Of a DNA stretch of 64,000 nt, positions 48,636 through 61,353 are shown piece by piece; position 1 is the stretch's first letter; each line of letters begins with the position of its first letter. Below the pieces are notes generated by a model that had not been told where the DNA came from, searched no databases, and saw nothing but the letters and a program-made list of their open reading frames with translations. Both the position numbers and the translations under genes were made by a program. This stretch comes from Octopus sinensis (taxonomy: Eukaryota), in the NCBI RefSeq assembly GCF_006345805.1, contig NC_043019.1:31309360-31373359 (forward strand), given 5' to 3'.

Positions 48636-49189
48636 AAGACAAATGATAAAAAATAATGTCATTTTGAATATCTATGTATTACCTTAGACAAATATAGACA
48701 ATATTATATTTTCAGTCACTTTCGGATATATTTATAAGTAATGCCTTTATGATACACCAACACGATTTCCTAATTACAACGTTAACAGCTTGTTATGCTC
48801 CTTTCATAGTTTTATAGTAACCTTTCCGCTTATTATTATATGAGCATGTGGGTGGTTGGTTTGTAATTCTGCCAGATTCCTGGTGTTGCTTGAGTTCTTG
48901 GTGTTTACTTTGAAGTTCTGCCATGATGCTGATAAATGGTCGCAGCAGACTTCTTTTCATTGCAACGCTTGTGAATGTAAAATTAATTTGTTATGCAAAA
49001 TTGGCTCGAAGCCAATTATTTCCCTCTGGTGACAATCAGAGCTGATATAATCAGCCTTCAAAATAGAACAAGTATTTATTTGACCTACCCTTGAAGAATG
49101 GTGCTTTACCATTTATAGGTAGACATATCTATCTATAGACAAATAGATAGATGGATAGAGAGAGAGAGAGTGATAGATATCGATTTTGA

Positions 49190-49195
49190 GACATT

Positions 49196-49233
<38 letters not shown>

Positions 49234-49279
49234 GTATATGTACAAGAGATATAAATATTATTAAAAATAATATTACTTC

Positions 49280-49312
<33 letters not shown>

Positions 49313-49540
49313 AGACATAAATATTATTAAAAATATTATTACTTCATATTGATATATATATATATATACATACAAGAGATATAATATTATTAAAAACAAT
49401 ATTACTTCATATTTATGTATATATATATATATACAAGAGATATAAATATTATTAAAAATAATATTACTTCATATTTATATATATATACACAAGAGGTATA
49501 AATATTATTAAAAACATTACTTTATATGTATGTATGTATG

Positions 49541-49573
<33 letters not shown>

Positions 49574-49630
49574 ATATATATATGTATATATACATATATA
49601 TGTATGTATGTATGTATAGATATGTGTATA
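49190..49630. repeat. Minisatellite: five ~60-bp units separated by (TA)n
   Basis: ACAAGAGATATAAATATTATTAAAAATAATATTACTTCATAT repeated at ~49241, 49309, 49371, 49432 and 49489. Confidence 0.9.
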
Positions 49631-50087
49631 CACACACATTTATTTGTCACTTAGATAAGAAGGTCAAGGCCTAATAAGTCTTTACAGGGCCTCTGACATT
49701 CTTAGATTCTTGGGAATCCTGCTCCTCCTCCTCATCATCATCATGATTTAACATCTACCTATGCTGGCATGGGTTGGACAGTTTACACAATAGCTGTCAA
49801 ACCAAAGAACAGCATCAATTTCTACTATCTACTTTGGCATGGCTTCTGTGGCCAAATGCCCTTCATAATGAGGAACCCTAATATTCAAGACATGACCCAA
49901 ATGCTAACCACAGAGTGGGACTTCATTAAAGGTATCCAACGAACAGGTGATGGTGTTAAACCTGGTGGCAGACATAATCTGCCACCCATGTAGGCCATAG
50001 CAAAATTTGAACTCCAAACACAAAGAACCAAAAAATAATTACCCCAAGGTATCATGTCTAATATTCTAACATTTCTACCACTCCACA

Positions 50088-50230
50088 ACACCTGATGGTA
50101 TTTCTTAAATAACCCTGGAAAGATTACTGGTGTAAGTGGCCTCAGCACTATTTGAACTTGGTTACCTGAAATCCTCTGTGATACCTCATCACCTCTGTCT
50201 CTGTAAAGATACCTTTAGTTTATTCTCACA
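50088..50230 (+). pseudogene. Possible Jockey/CR1-group RT N-terminal relic
   Basis: TPDGIS*ITLERLLV*VASAL...HHLCLCKDTFS (cf. GPDGI...LK.CA.ELA..L..LF.LCL..GTFP). Confidence 0.3.
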
Positions 50231-50309
50231 ATCATTCCTGAAGGTGAGGAGCCACGTAACTCCCTTTCAACAAGAACCTCTACCACCCTAACCTTTTCCC
50301 TCATACTTT

Positions 50310-50575
50310 AACCGCCATGTTGCATATGAAAGCAGCATCCTCCCGCCCTGGGTTTGTTGACTTGCAAGTTACATGGTAACCCCAATAGTGTTGGTAGCAT
50401 GAGAAAAGCACCCAGTAAACATTGTAAGGTGGTTAGCATTAGGTAGAACATCTGGCTGTAGAAACCGTGCCAAAGCAGACACTGGAGTACAATGCAGTTC
50501 TTCAACTCAGTGGATCCTTGCCAAATTGTTCAACTCATGCCAGTATGGAACACGGGCATTAAATGATGATGATGG
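50310..50575 (+). mobile_element. Repeat family B
   Basis: AAAAGCACCCAG...GCTGTAGAAACC...GGCATTAAATGATGATGATG. Confidence 0.75.
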
Positions 50576-51109
50576 TGAAAGGTATGTACCGAAATAAAGT
50601 ATGTCATCCGACATGCTAACAATTCTGCCAGTTCTCCATCTACAAGTACTTATTTTGTGATTGAAAGGTGCAGAAATGGAGTGTAATTTATTAATTTAAT
50701 CACTACATTTTCTTCATACATTAAAAATAAGTAATATTGATTCCTATCTTAGACACAAGTTCAAAATACTTGCAACATGAAATAAATAATGTGGTGACAA
50801 TAAATTATTCCACTTCACAAACTTTGTGTACTTAAAATTTGTTGATACCATTGTTAGTCTTCACCTTTTCTACTATTTGACTGGCAGTCTACTCAGCCAA
50901 TAAAAAGTGACCATTGTGATTCAAACTCACTTGTGATAAGATACTAAGCCTCTCAGCATAAAGTAATTGAATTTAAAATCCAATCGACCCATTTCCTCTG
51001 CCCACTATGACTGGGAGGTCTGTAGTGGAAGAGTCCTCAGCCACCTCTTCCACAGGGAACAACTATCATTACATTTTCTGGCCGAATTTCCAAGCTTGAC
51101 TAGATCAAC

Positions 51110-51425
51110 TGAGACTAAGGATATTATCTAATCACCTTGTTCTTTGTCTGCCCCTAAGTCTCCTGCTGGTCTCTTGCTCTACCCCCAGGTCTCTTACAAT
51201 ACTTTCCACTGGCATTCTAATCATATGTTACCAGAGCTGTGATCTCTCAACACAGAAAAGTAGCTGTTTGATCTGGAGGAATTTCCTGATTTTAAACTAT
51301 ACATCTTGTTGAGTAATATCACACCAGAGATCCTTTAAGGAAAAACCCCATTTCAACCTTTTGCATTTGTGATCAAACTCTTTTGGTCTTTACCAAACAT
51401 TCATGAGCATAAGTGAGGCTAGGCA
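51110..51425 (-). pseudogene. RTE-clade LINE ORF C-terminal relic
   Basis: YAHECLVKTKR...QKVEMGFF...IRKFLQIKQLLFCVERSQLW*HMIRMP...RRLRGRQRTR*LDNI. Confidence 0.7.
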
Positions 51426-51708
51426 CATAAACCAAAGTGAAGATAGTGAGTTTGGCTTTGCTACGAACCTATGAATGCTCAAGCTGGCACATTACTGTGC
51501 CAGCATCTGCAATTCTAGCATCCAATTCTAGCACCTCCCATCACTTGCTGGCCTCGTGGAAAAACTTAAAATCAGCATTAAAAAGTTGGTTATTTTACTA
51601 TTTTATTCCTTTCCAGTCCTAGATTATTTTCAGAATTAATTGAAAAAAACTAGACTTATTTACATTATTTATATTTGATGGATATTTGTCCTCATCTTGT
51701 TTGTTGTT

Positions 51709-51754
51709 TACACAACGTTTCGGCTGATATACCCTCTGGCTTTTATCAGGTGTC
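51709..51754 (-). ncRNA. Degenerate minimal type I hammerhead
   Basis: GACAC CTGATAA AAGCCAG-AGGGTATAT-CAGCC GAAAC GTT GTGTA: G8A change, damaged stem II, palindromic AACGTT stem III. Confidence 0.55.
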
Positions 51755-51804
51755 GTGGGGAAATTTCAAACCTGAGTTCTCATTCATAAGGTATTTTTCG
51801 ATGT

Positions 51805-51833
51805 TATTGTTATTATTATTATTATTATTATTA

Positions 51834-51870
<37 letters not shown>

Positions 51871-51937
51871 CATTATTATATTATTATTATTATTTTATTA
51901 TTATTATTATTATCATCATCATCATCATCATCATCAT
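51805..51937. repeat. (ATT)n/(ATC)n microsatellite
   Basis: Read directly from the sequence. Confidence 0.95.
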
Positions 51938-52174
51938 TGTTGCAAACCTGAGGGCAGGTATAGGTATGTGAGTTTGTTGAGTATGACAAGCCTTTTAAAA
52001 GCCTGAAGCTTGTCAGAATATTAATCTAAATAATAAAGAGGCCTTTGGTAGTGCAAGAGTTGGAAACCATTGGCATAAGCAGTATGTTTCAAAAGAAATA
52101 TAGTCACGAAACAAATTAATGTTTTGACAATGAACATGACATAGTGTTAGTTATTGTGAGAATATTGTATTTTC

Positions 52175-53465
52175 CAGCATACAAATTAGCATAGTATATA
52201 GTGTAAATAGGTAGTGCAAATGTTCAAACATCACTATCTTTTCAAATCCTATTGTATTTTAAATGGAACTTTTCATCCTTCAAAGATGTCTCGGTATATC
52301 AGTCAAGTTGCCTTTATTGGCTGGAAATTTTGGTCTGAAAATCTCAATTTGTATGCTGGGAATTATGGTAAGATAGAATGGTCACAGCTGGAAAATCTCT
52401 GTTCATAGAGCTACTTGAATAGGGAAAAGCTAAAACTAAATAACAATATTGCATTAAAAGGGAACTTTTGTGTAGTCAATCTGCTAGAAACAACAGCCAA
52501 ATCTCCCTCAAAGTACACCCTACTATCTTAAAACAAAGTAAAAATATACTGAATAATGTAGTCCAAGATGCACTATGTCTAAAAAAAGAGAAACAAAGGG
52601 ATGGTCACATGTGGAACACCTTTGACCATATTTTGGCAATAATACCATATTTTCCAGATACAAGTCAACATAGTATATAGTGAAAATGTAGTGTAAACAT
52701 TCAAACTTTGTCTCTATCTTCCCAAAGCTAGTTGTATTTCGTATGGAATTTTTGATCCCCTAAAGTCGTCTAGGTGTATAAATCAACCTCTCTTCTTGGC
52801 TGTAAATTCTGGTCTAAAAAATGTGACTGGTATGCTGGAAAATATAATATAGTATGTAGATATATAAGGTAGAAAGGAGCAATTTTAAAAGGGATTTAGC
52901 TGCTATTTCTAACAGATCTCATGACTGTGTAGATGTTTTCTTCATTAGCTTATATATACATATAGTATTTTATGACATACAAATCAACATAGTATACAGT
53001 GTAAACATGTAATGCAAACATTGAAACATCATCACTATCTTTCCAAATCCTGCTACATGTCACATGGTATTTTTGGTCTTCCAAAGTCATCTAGGTGTAT
53101 GAGTTGGCCTTTTTTGTTATTTTGGCTGTAAATTTTGATTTGAAAAGTTCAACTTGTATGTCAGAAAATATGGCATAAGAAAATATGGTTCAATTTGAAA
53201 GAGAATTAGCAGCTATTTCTAACAGGTCTAACAACTATATAGAGTTTTCCATCATTGGTTAACACATACACACATTATTTTATAGAATACAAGTCAACAT
53301 AGTATTTAGTGTAAACATGTAATTTACACTATTCTTCCAAATTCTCCTGCATTTTGCATCAAATTTTTGGTCCTCCAAAGCCATTTTCGTGTATAAGTCA
53401 ACCTACATTTTTGGGGGTTATAGATTTTGGTCTGAAAAATTCAATTGTATGCTGGAAAATACTGT
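52175..53465 (+). repeat. Array of four diverged ~300-bp units
   Basis: ATACAA(A/G)TCAACATAGTAT...GTGTAAA...CCAAAGTC(A/G)TCTAGGTGTAT...TATGCTGGAAAATA at ~52178, 52655, 52977 and 53285. Confidence 0.8.
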
Positions 53466-53689
53466 AGTTGAACAAAGAGCCTCTTGGGTTGATTGTCCAC
53501 TACACTATTCAGTTGGTTGTTCATGCTACCATCATCTACTTAATAGTTAAGGAGATATACATCTCTTTAAGTAGAGAGATGCCCCACATTACCAACAAGC
53601 TACTTGGTTCATGGGAAATATTTAGCTTTCATGCTTGCAGAAATGTATATCAAAGATCTGTCAAACACTATACTTGTAATTATAAATGT

Positions 53690-54720
53690 CATAATGTTGA
53701 TAATGATGGCAGTGATGATGATAATAGTACGGATGATGACGGGGTGTTGTAGATGATAATACTGGTGGGGGTTATGAAGATAGTGGTCTTGATAATATTG
53801 GTAGCGATGACAATGGTGATGATGAGGATGGGTATGCTGGAAATGGATAGATATTATTAACGATAATAATAGGAGCCTTTCAAGTCTGAGAAAGATGATT
53901 ATGTTGAACTATCAGCGTCTCTGAACACTTATCTGACTTCTTAACTTAAAGTCAGATGCAAAGATACAGCTTCTGGTCTGGCGAGGAGCACTGTGTTTTG
54001 AGATAAGAAAGGATGCCTTTCCATAGCTCTCATGGTTTGTCCTGAGGTGCTGTATACACTACTGGCAATGGTAATGGTGGTACTGACAACAGCAATGATT
54101 ATAAGGTTGATAATGATCACATTGGTTATGATGAGAATGATAATGGTGATGATGATGATGGTAATGGTTGATAACAAATGTGATGATAATGATGAGGATG
54201 ACAACAGAGACTAATTATGATACTGTTAATGATAATAATCCTTTTTGTTATAAGCACAAGGTTTGGACTTTTAAGGGAAGGGACTAGTCAATTACATTGG
54301 CCCCAGTATTCAACTGGTACTTATTTTATTGACCCCCAAAAGGATGAAAAGCAAAGTGGACCTTGACAGAATTTGAACTCAGAGTATGAAGACAGATGAA
54401 ATGATGCTAAGCATTTTATCCAGTGCGCTAACAATTTTGCTTGCTCACCGCCTGAATGTTAATGATAATAATGTTAATAACGAGGCTGATAATGGTCATA
54501 ATAATTGTGGCAATTATAATATTGATGATGATAATGATAAGCACAGCAAGAGATGATTTGATGATGTTTATGGCGATGATAATAACGGTTATAATGATAA
54601 TGGTGATGACGATAACAGTGATGATGATAATGGTGAGGGGGATAATATGAGGTGGATAATGATGATGATGAAAATGAGGAGGATGTTGATGATGAAGATG
54701 ATGATGTTGATGACGCAGAG
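53690..54720. repeat. Degenerate (GAT/AAT)n tracts with a family A SINE (minus, 54240-54452)
   Basis: Read directly from the sequence, plus the SINE core. Confidence 0.8.
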
Positions 54721-55118
54721 AATATCAATAGCTATTTAACTATTTTTCCCGATGATAAAAGACATGCTTGTTAATAACATAGACAGGTGGAATTGAGAGC
54801 TATCTAAAAGACATTTACATGGATTTAATGAAAACAGGCAATCATTATATTGATTTCACTGTCACTCAAAGTATGTGAAAAATTACTCGAGTATCTTAAC
54901 TTTTAGGATTGAAAAAGCAATTAGCATTGTAAAAATGTCATCAAAGAAATTCAATAGATATCTTGGGGAAAAAAAAATAATGCAATTTTACCAGTCTTTA
55001 AATATTTTGATATTTAAAGTTTGATCGCCATGTAATTGTTTTTGTATGAGTGAGTGCATATAAATCTGAGAATGCATGGTATTATGATATATACATCATA
55101 TATGTGTGTGTGTGTGTG

Positions 55119-55152
<34 letters not shown>

Positions 55153-55156
<4 letters not shown>

Positions 55157-55446
55157 CAATCATAATATAAAACGATAAAATTGTTAAAAATTTTATCATT
55201 GGCCAGTATATAAAAATATAGACCTATTAAGGTGAAATCATAAATACAATTATAATTAAGGGCTTAGGGAGAATATTTTGCCTATATACTGAAAGGAGAT
55301 TAAATATCATCACTCTTATTATGATTATTATAACTATTATTATTAGTGATGATACTTAATGTAGTTCGACAATTTAGCGTCTCCTTTCAGCATATAGGCA
55401 AGAATTTTTTCTATGCCCTTAATTATAATCTATCTATCTGTCTATT

Positions 55447-55490
<44 letters not shown>

Positions 55491-55780
55491 CATACAATCA
55501 TAATATAAAACGATAAAATTGTTAAAAATTTTATCATTGGCCAGTATATAAAAATATAGACCTATTAAGGTGAAATCATAAATACAATTATAATTAAGGG
55601 CTTAGGGAGAATATTTTGCCTATATACTGAAAGGAGATTAAATATCATCACTCTTATTATGATTATTATAACTATTATTATTAGTGATGATACTTAATGT
55701 AGTTCGACAATTTAGCGTCTCCTTTCAGCATATAGGCAAGAATTTTTTCTATGCCCTTAATTATAATCTATCTATCTGTC

Positions 55781-55830
<50 letters not shown>
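55153..55830. repeat. Exact 338-bp tandem duplication; each unit holds a palindromic TTAA-flanked MITE (55260-55418, 55598-55756)
   Basis: TTAA|GGGCTTAGGGAG...CTATGCCC|TTAA with ~45-bp imperfect TIRs. GG termini plus TTAA suggest a Kolobok type. Confidence 0.85.
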
Positions 55831-55845
<15 letters not shown>

Positions 55846-56454
55846 ATTTTGGGATGGTGGTTTTCTTTTTTTGCCAAACACACGCACCATATATTCATTC
55901 TTCACTCATTTATTGCTGTTCTTATTCTAACTCTTGTCCTTTGTCCGGAAATCTTTTGTCACACATATGTGATCTCTTCAGTGACACTTTTCATCCTCCT
56001 GTCTGCTCCTGCTCCACTTAGTCCATTCTCTATTTCGTTCTCTGTATATGTATATATATGAATGAGTAGACAAATGAAAGAAGTCCACTCAACACATTTA
56101 TTGGGAGTTACATGTATGGATTAAAACAGAGATGGGCATGCAAACAAATGGATTGATAGATAGATGAATTGACAGGTAAAAAAGAAGATAGATAGATAAT
56201 AGGTGCATACGAGCACTCAGCCCAAACCAATCGCCTATACTCTAATATTGTCAAGTGGTGGTGGACAAGCACAAAAGTACACACAATCACACACAAAGAC
56301 ACACATATATACACAATAGGCCTCATATGGCTTTGGTCAACTCAGGGCTCTAGTAGAAGACACTAGCCCTGTTGTAAAACTATGGGACTGAACCTGGAAC
56401 CATCTAGCTGGAAAGCAAACTTCTTACCTCACAGCCAAATTGGTACCTAAAAAT

Positions 56455-56673
56455 GCCGCCTACAGAGTATGGTCATTTACCTGATGGTGTCTTCTTTTCT
56501 ATTTATAACTTCGGTCTTGGCTAAGTTTACTTTAAATCAATTCAATTCCAAGTTCTGCTTTCATGTCATGAATTTCTTCTCCAAATCTTAAACACATTCT
56601 GCTTATAAGAACAAGTTCATCAGCATACAGAAATTTCCATGGGCAGCCAGACTTAACCCTTTTGTTACTGTAT
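56455..56673 (-). repeat. 219-bp duplicate of 58009-58227 (RTE RT piece + start of piggyBac MITE)
   Basis: Identical except one base, offset 1554 bp. Confidence 0.9.
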
Positions 56674-56993
56674 ACGTCCAACAGACCATGTATATTTATT
56701 TATGATTATATCTCATATATATCTATCTACATTCTATTTTTGCACCTACATACACTCAGTCACATATCCATATAAATATCAGTGTGAACAGATACAAGTG
56801 TATATATATATGTTGTGTTTGAGTATATATACATTTATGCATGCATGAGTACATGTAAATGTGAATGTATAAGATAGCAAGACAGTAACAGATACTTTTA
56901 CTTGCACTTCAATAAATGAGATAGCATCTACCTGATAACTAGATTTGCTAGATTGAAATGTTATTGGATAGAAAATAGATTACAAATATATAT

Positions 56994-57043
<50 letters not shown>

Positions 57044-57480
57044 CACATATACATATATATGTGTATGTATATACATATGCCTATATTATACACATATTAT
57101 ACTATTTTATATTATATTACATTATATCATATCAAGTTGTATATATCATATCAAATATATTACATATAATATATTTTATATATATTATACATGTATGTAC
57201 ATACAAATATATATACTTATATGTGCGTACAAATTATGTACATAAATATGTATATATATATAATCATGTTCACAGATTAAGGAAAAAAATATTTTTTGGG
57301 ATATATGTATTACAAGTAGATATTCAGATAATGGTTATTGCCCACACACAAAATGTTCAACCTACAGAGTGGTATTACTGTTTTTTTTTTGTGTATACAT
57401 GTGGATACATATGCTTATGTATGTATGCCTAGTATATTTATATATATAATAAATGCACACACACATACATACACATACAT

Positions 57481-57528
<48 letters not shown>

Positions 57529-57879
57529 GAAAGTTTATGTATGGATATAGATATATACATATATGTAAGTATATGTAATTCTGCATTCACCTATCGATAT
57601 TCAACAATATATACACATATTTATATATTCGTGTTTTTACATTTTCGTAATATTTTCTCGATACACTTTTCAATTGATTCATGTTCATTTTGTTTCTTCT
57701 TCCAATTCAACGACTATATCTTTGTTATAAATACCACCTTTCATTCACCAGAAACCAGTTACATGACAAGACTTACTTGTATGCTAAATACACTCCTATC
57801 TATCTATCTATATATATATATATATATAAAAATCAACTTGTTTCATTATGACAATAATTCTCAGTGCTTTTTTAAGAAT

Positions 57880-58205
57880 TCACTTCAATACGGATGGGCA
57901 GTCAAATGACATTTGGTAAAAATGTTAACCTGCTTGTGATCCTGATACACCTTTTGTGCATCCATCATTTACAGTGTGCACACAATATACAGTTTTTCTC
58001 TACTTCTTGCCGCCTACAGAGTATGGTCATTTACCTGATGGTGTCTTCTTTTCTATTTATAACTTCGGTCTTGGCTAAGTTTACTTTAAATCAATTCAAT
58101 TCCAAGTTCTGCTTTCATGTCATGAATTTCTTCTCCAAATCTTAAACACATTCTGCTTATAAGAACAAGTTCATCAGCATACAGAAATTTCCATGGGCAG
58201 CCAGA
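57880..58205 (-). pseudogene. RTE-clade reverse transcriptase relic
   Basis: GCPWKFLYADELVLI (YADD motif), then a frameshifted KFMTWKQNLE...KVNLAKTEV, then CRRQEVEKNCILCAHCK*WMHKRC (Cys-rich insert of RTE ORFs). Confidence 0.8.
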
Positions 58206-58210
58206 CTTAA

Positions 58211-58431
58211 TCCTTTTGTTACTGTATTTCTGTTGAGATGCTCTGTTTTTCTCTCAATTATTTTAAATATAACAAAGAATTTAATAAAATAACTTAGCTA
58301 TCATTAAGCTAGTGTTAGGAACATAAATTGTGACTAAGGTTTGTTGGAAGATTTTAATTCAAAACTTATGAAAAGAAGACATTTGTACTACAGAGCCAGA
58401 GCCAGTTTCAGCCGGGTTGGTAACAAAAGGG
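58211..58431. mobile_element. piggyBac-type MITE; a second TTAA-CCC element end starts at the shared TTAA (58432-58435)
   Basis: TTAA|TCCTTTTGTTAC ... GTAACAAAAGGG|TTAA|CCCTTTAACTG. Confidence 0.85.
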
Positions 58432-58549
58432 TTAACCCTTTAACTGTAAAATTAAATTTTATTGTTGTTCCAGTAATGATGTTAAAAATTTTCCCCAAAA
58501 TAGAATTGGTATTTTCTGCAAGTTGCCACAATAAACTTGACATATTTCG

Positions 58550-58718
58550 CTACACTTTTGGAGTGGTTGGTGTTAAGAAGGGCATCCAGCTGTAAAAACC
58601 TTGCCAAATCAGATTGGAGCCTGGTGCAGCCTACTGGTTTGTCAGTCCCCAGTCAAACCATCCAGTCCATGCCAGCATGTAAAACAGACACTTAACAATG
58701 ATGATGATGATGATGATG

Positions 58719-58720
<2 letters not shown>
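58550..58720 (+). mobile_element. Repeat family B
   Basis: GGAGTGGTTGGTGTTAAGAAGGGCATCCAGCTG...(GAT)n. Confidence 0.8.
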
Positions 58721-58751
<31 letters not shown>

Positions 58752-59041
58752 GAATATACAAGGAGTATTCATCACCTGATGTAATGTAACAGGTATGAAC
58801 TATGAGTGCTCAGTTTAGTTTACCACTAAAACTCCGTCTTGAACTGCAACTGAAAGTGTAATGTTGAGACTGCCTATCAGAGGTGGCTAGAAGTGGTTTC
58901 TCCTTGAGCGGTTAGATATAGATTAAAGTAAAACTGAAAAAGCAAAACATTTAACATCACTCATAAAAGACATTTAGTTTAGATGGGTAATATAAACATA
59001 TAAAGTATCTTACAGAGAATCTTAAAGAGCCTCATACATAC

Positions 59042-59087
<46 letters not shown>

Positions 59088-59094
<7 letters not shown>

Positions 59095-59870
59095 ATGTAT
59101 GTATAACTAAGATGGTTGTTTATATACCACGCATATAATTAGGACAGTGAGTTGTTTTGGATATCTGATAACTTATCAAATTGAGTATTTTCTCTATTTT
59201 CCTTTTGGTTGTATCTCAAGTTAGTTTTAACTTCTTTAATTGAATCTAAATTCTTTCTATGGCTTTTAACTGCCTTTAAATCTTAGAATTGGATTAAAGA
59301 TTTCAAGTTTGAAGAAAAATTGCAATTAGATTAACAACTGAATTCATGTGTATGTCCATGTTTGTGTGCAAATGTTCGTGTTTTTGCATATATATATAAT
59401 GTACATGTAGAGGTAGGTACGTACATATATGTTTATATATATGCATATGTTTTATTTATTAATGTATATATATATTATATATATATATATATATATAAAA
59501 CATATGTATGTATAACTAAGATGGTTGTTTATATACCACGCATATAATTAGGACAGTGAGTTGTTTTGGATATCTGATAACTTATCAAATTGAGTATTTT
59601 CTCTATTTTCCTTTTGGTTGTATCTCAAGTTAGTTTTAACTTCTTTAATTGAATCTAAATTCTTTCTATGGCTTTTAACTGCCTTTAAATCTTAGAATTG
59701 GATTAAAGATTTCAAGTTTGAAGAAAAATTGCAATTAGATTAACAACTGAATTCATGTGTATGTCCATGTTTGTGTGCAAATGTTCGTGTTTTTGCATAT
59801 ATATATAATGTACATGTAGAGGTAGGTACGTACATATATGTTTATATATATGCATATGTTTTATTTATTA

Positions 59871-59880
<10 letters not shown>
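59088..59880. repeat. Near-exact 409-bp tandem duplication bounded by (TA)n
   Basis: AAAACATATGTATGTATAACTAAG at 59088 and 59497. Track ORFs at 59362 and 59771 start identically. Confidence 0.9.
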
Positions 59881-59918
<38 letters not shown>

Positions 59919-59927
59919 CTGTATTCT

Positions 59928-59962
<35 letters not shown>

Positions 59963-60290
59963 GATATGTGTGTGTTCTTCCTTGCCGTCTTCATCAGTCC
60001 TTCATATCTTTCCCCCTATCTCCCCTTCCTCTCTCTTCACCTCTCCCCCTCTCCTTTCTCTCTCTCTCTTTTAGACTCCTGTTCTTTGACACATATGGAT
60101 TCCTCATACATCTATTGATAAATATAAACCTCATGTTTCAAACAGTTAAGAGATGTCGTTTGAAATCTTGAAACCACAACATGTTATATTTTATTTATGC
60201 ATCTTATATAGCGGTCGGTGATCAATAGCATCTGACAGTTCAATCAGTGTTTCACTGTATTTCTGACAGGGAGAGTGACAAGAAGATGCG

Positions 60291-61190
60291 TAACCCTTTT
60301 ACTGCAGAAATCAGATTTTTCCACTCAAAATTTCATTTCCCCTTATTCACCAACCTGTCTTTTCTTAAGGAATGTCATGTTTGAAACTATTTTCTGTTGA
60401 GACATATCAAGTTTACTGAGATCTTTAACATAAATACTGCAATAACCATGTAATTTAATTTTGCAGTTAAAAGATCAAGGAACCTCGTCAAACCTGTAAT
60501 CAAAGACATTCCAACCACGACTGTCCTACTTTTTTCCAGACACACTGAATTCAGGACCACATTATCTAACATCCCCTACTTTTAATATAACCCGTTTACT
60601 GCAGAAATTAGATATTTCCACTCAAAATTTCATTACCCCCTATTTACCAACCTGTTTTTTCTTAAGGAATGCTGTGTTTGAAACTATTTTCTGTTGAGAC
60701 ATATCAAGTTTACTGAGGCATTGTGACATGCAGAGGAAATAGCAATTCTATTTTGTGGAGGAGGGGGCAGGAGATATTTGACATTATTATTACAATAACC
60801 AAGTAATTTAATTTCACAGTGAAAGGGTCAAGAGACCTTGAGAAACCAGGGTTCAAAGACATTCAAACCATGACCACCCTGCTTTTTTTCCAGTTACACT
60901 GAATTTGAGACTACATTATCCAATGTCTCCTACTTTTATTTTAACTCTTTTACTGTGGAAATCAGATATATCCACTCAAAATTTCATTATCCTTAAATGT
61001 GGAAAGTAGTTTTACATACAATTTTGCCTTTTGTTGCAGAATGTCATGTTTAAAAGAATTTTTTGTTGAGATATGTCAAGTTTATTGAGACACCGTGACT
61101 TGCAGGAAATACCAATTTTATTTCTTTGGTAGTAACATCATTACTAGAATAACCATGAAATTCAATTTTGTAGTTAAAGAGGAGAATGAT
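60291..61190 (+). repeat. Three tandem units of piggyBac-type MITE plus constant ~120-bp spacer
   Basis: Units start (T)TAACCCTTTTACTG at ~60291, 60588 and 60940 and end ...CAGTTAAA(A/G)G. The spacer carries AAAGACATTC.AACCA.GAC...GACCACATTAT. Confidence 0.8.
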
Positions 61191-61217
61191 TCGGTTTAGT
61201 ACATGACATCTGTCATG

Positions 61218-61353
<136 letters not shown>

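Noticed and set aside
49084-49122. TTGAAGA-ATGGT/ACCAT hairpin with CTACC/GGTAG flanks as a hammerhead
   Set aside because: The GAAA half of the core is absent, and it resembles a decayed SINE tail.
49190-49630. CRISPR-like appearance of regular repeats (also 21521-21750 and 60291-61190)
   Set aside because: Spacers are (TA)n or constant rather than unique, there are no cas genes, and the context is eukaryotic.
57770-57790. 7-nt microexon tttag|CATACAA|gtaagt (minus) and other isolated splice-like pairs (29645-29665, 62543-62572)
   Set aside because: Poor pyrimidine tracts and no independent support. Such matches are expected by chance in 64 kb.
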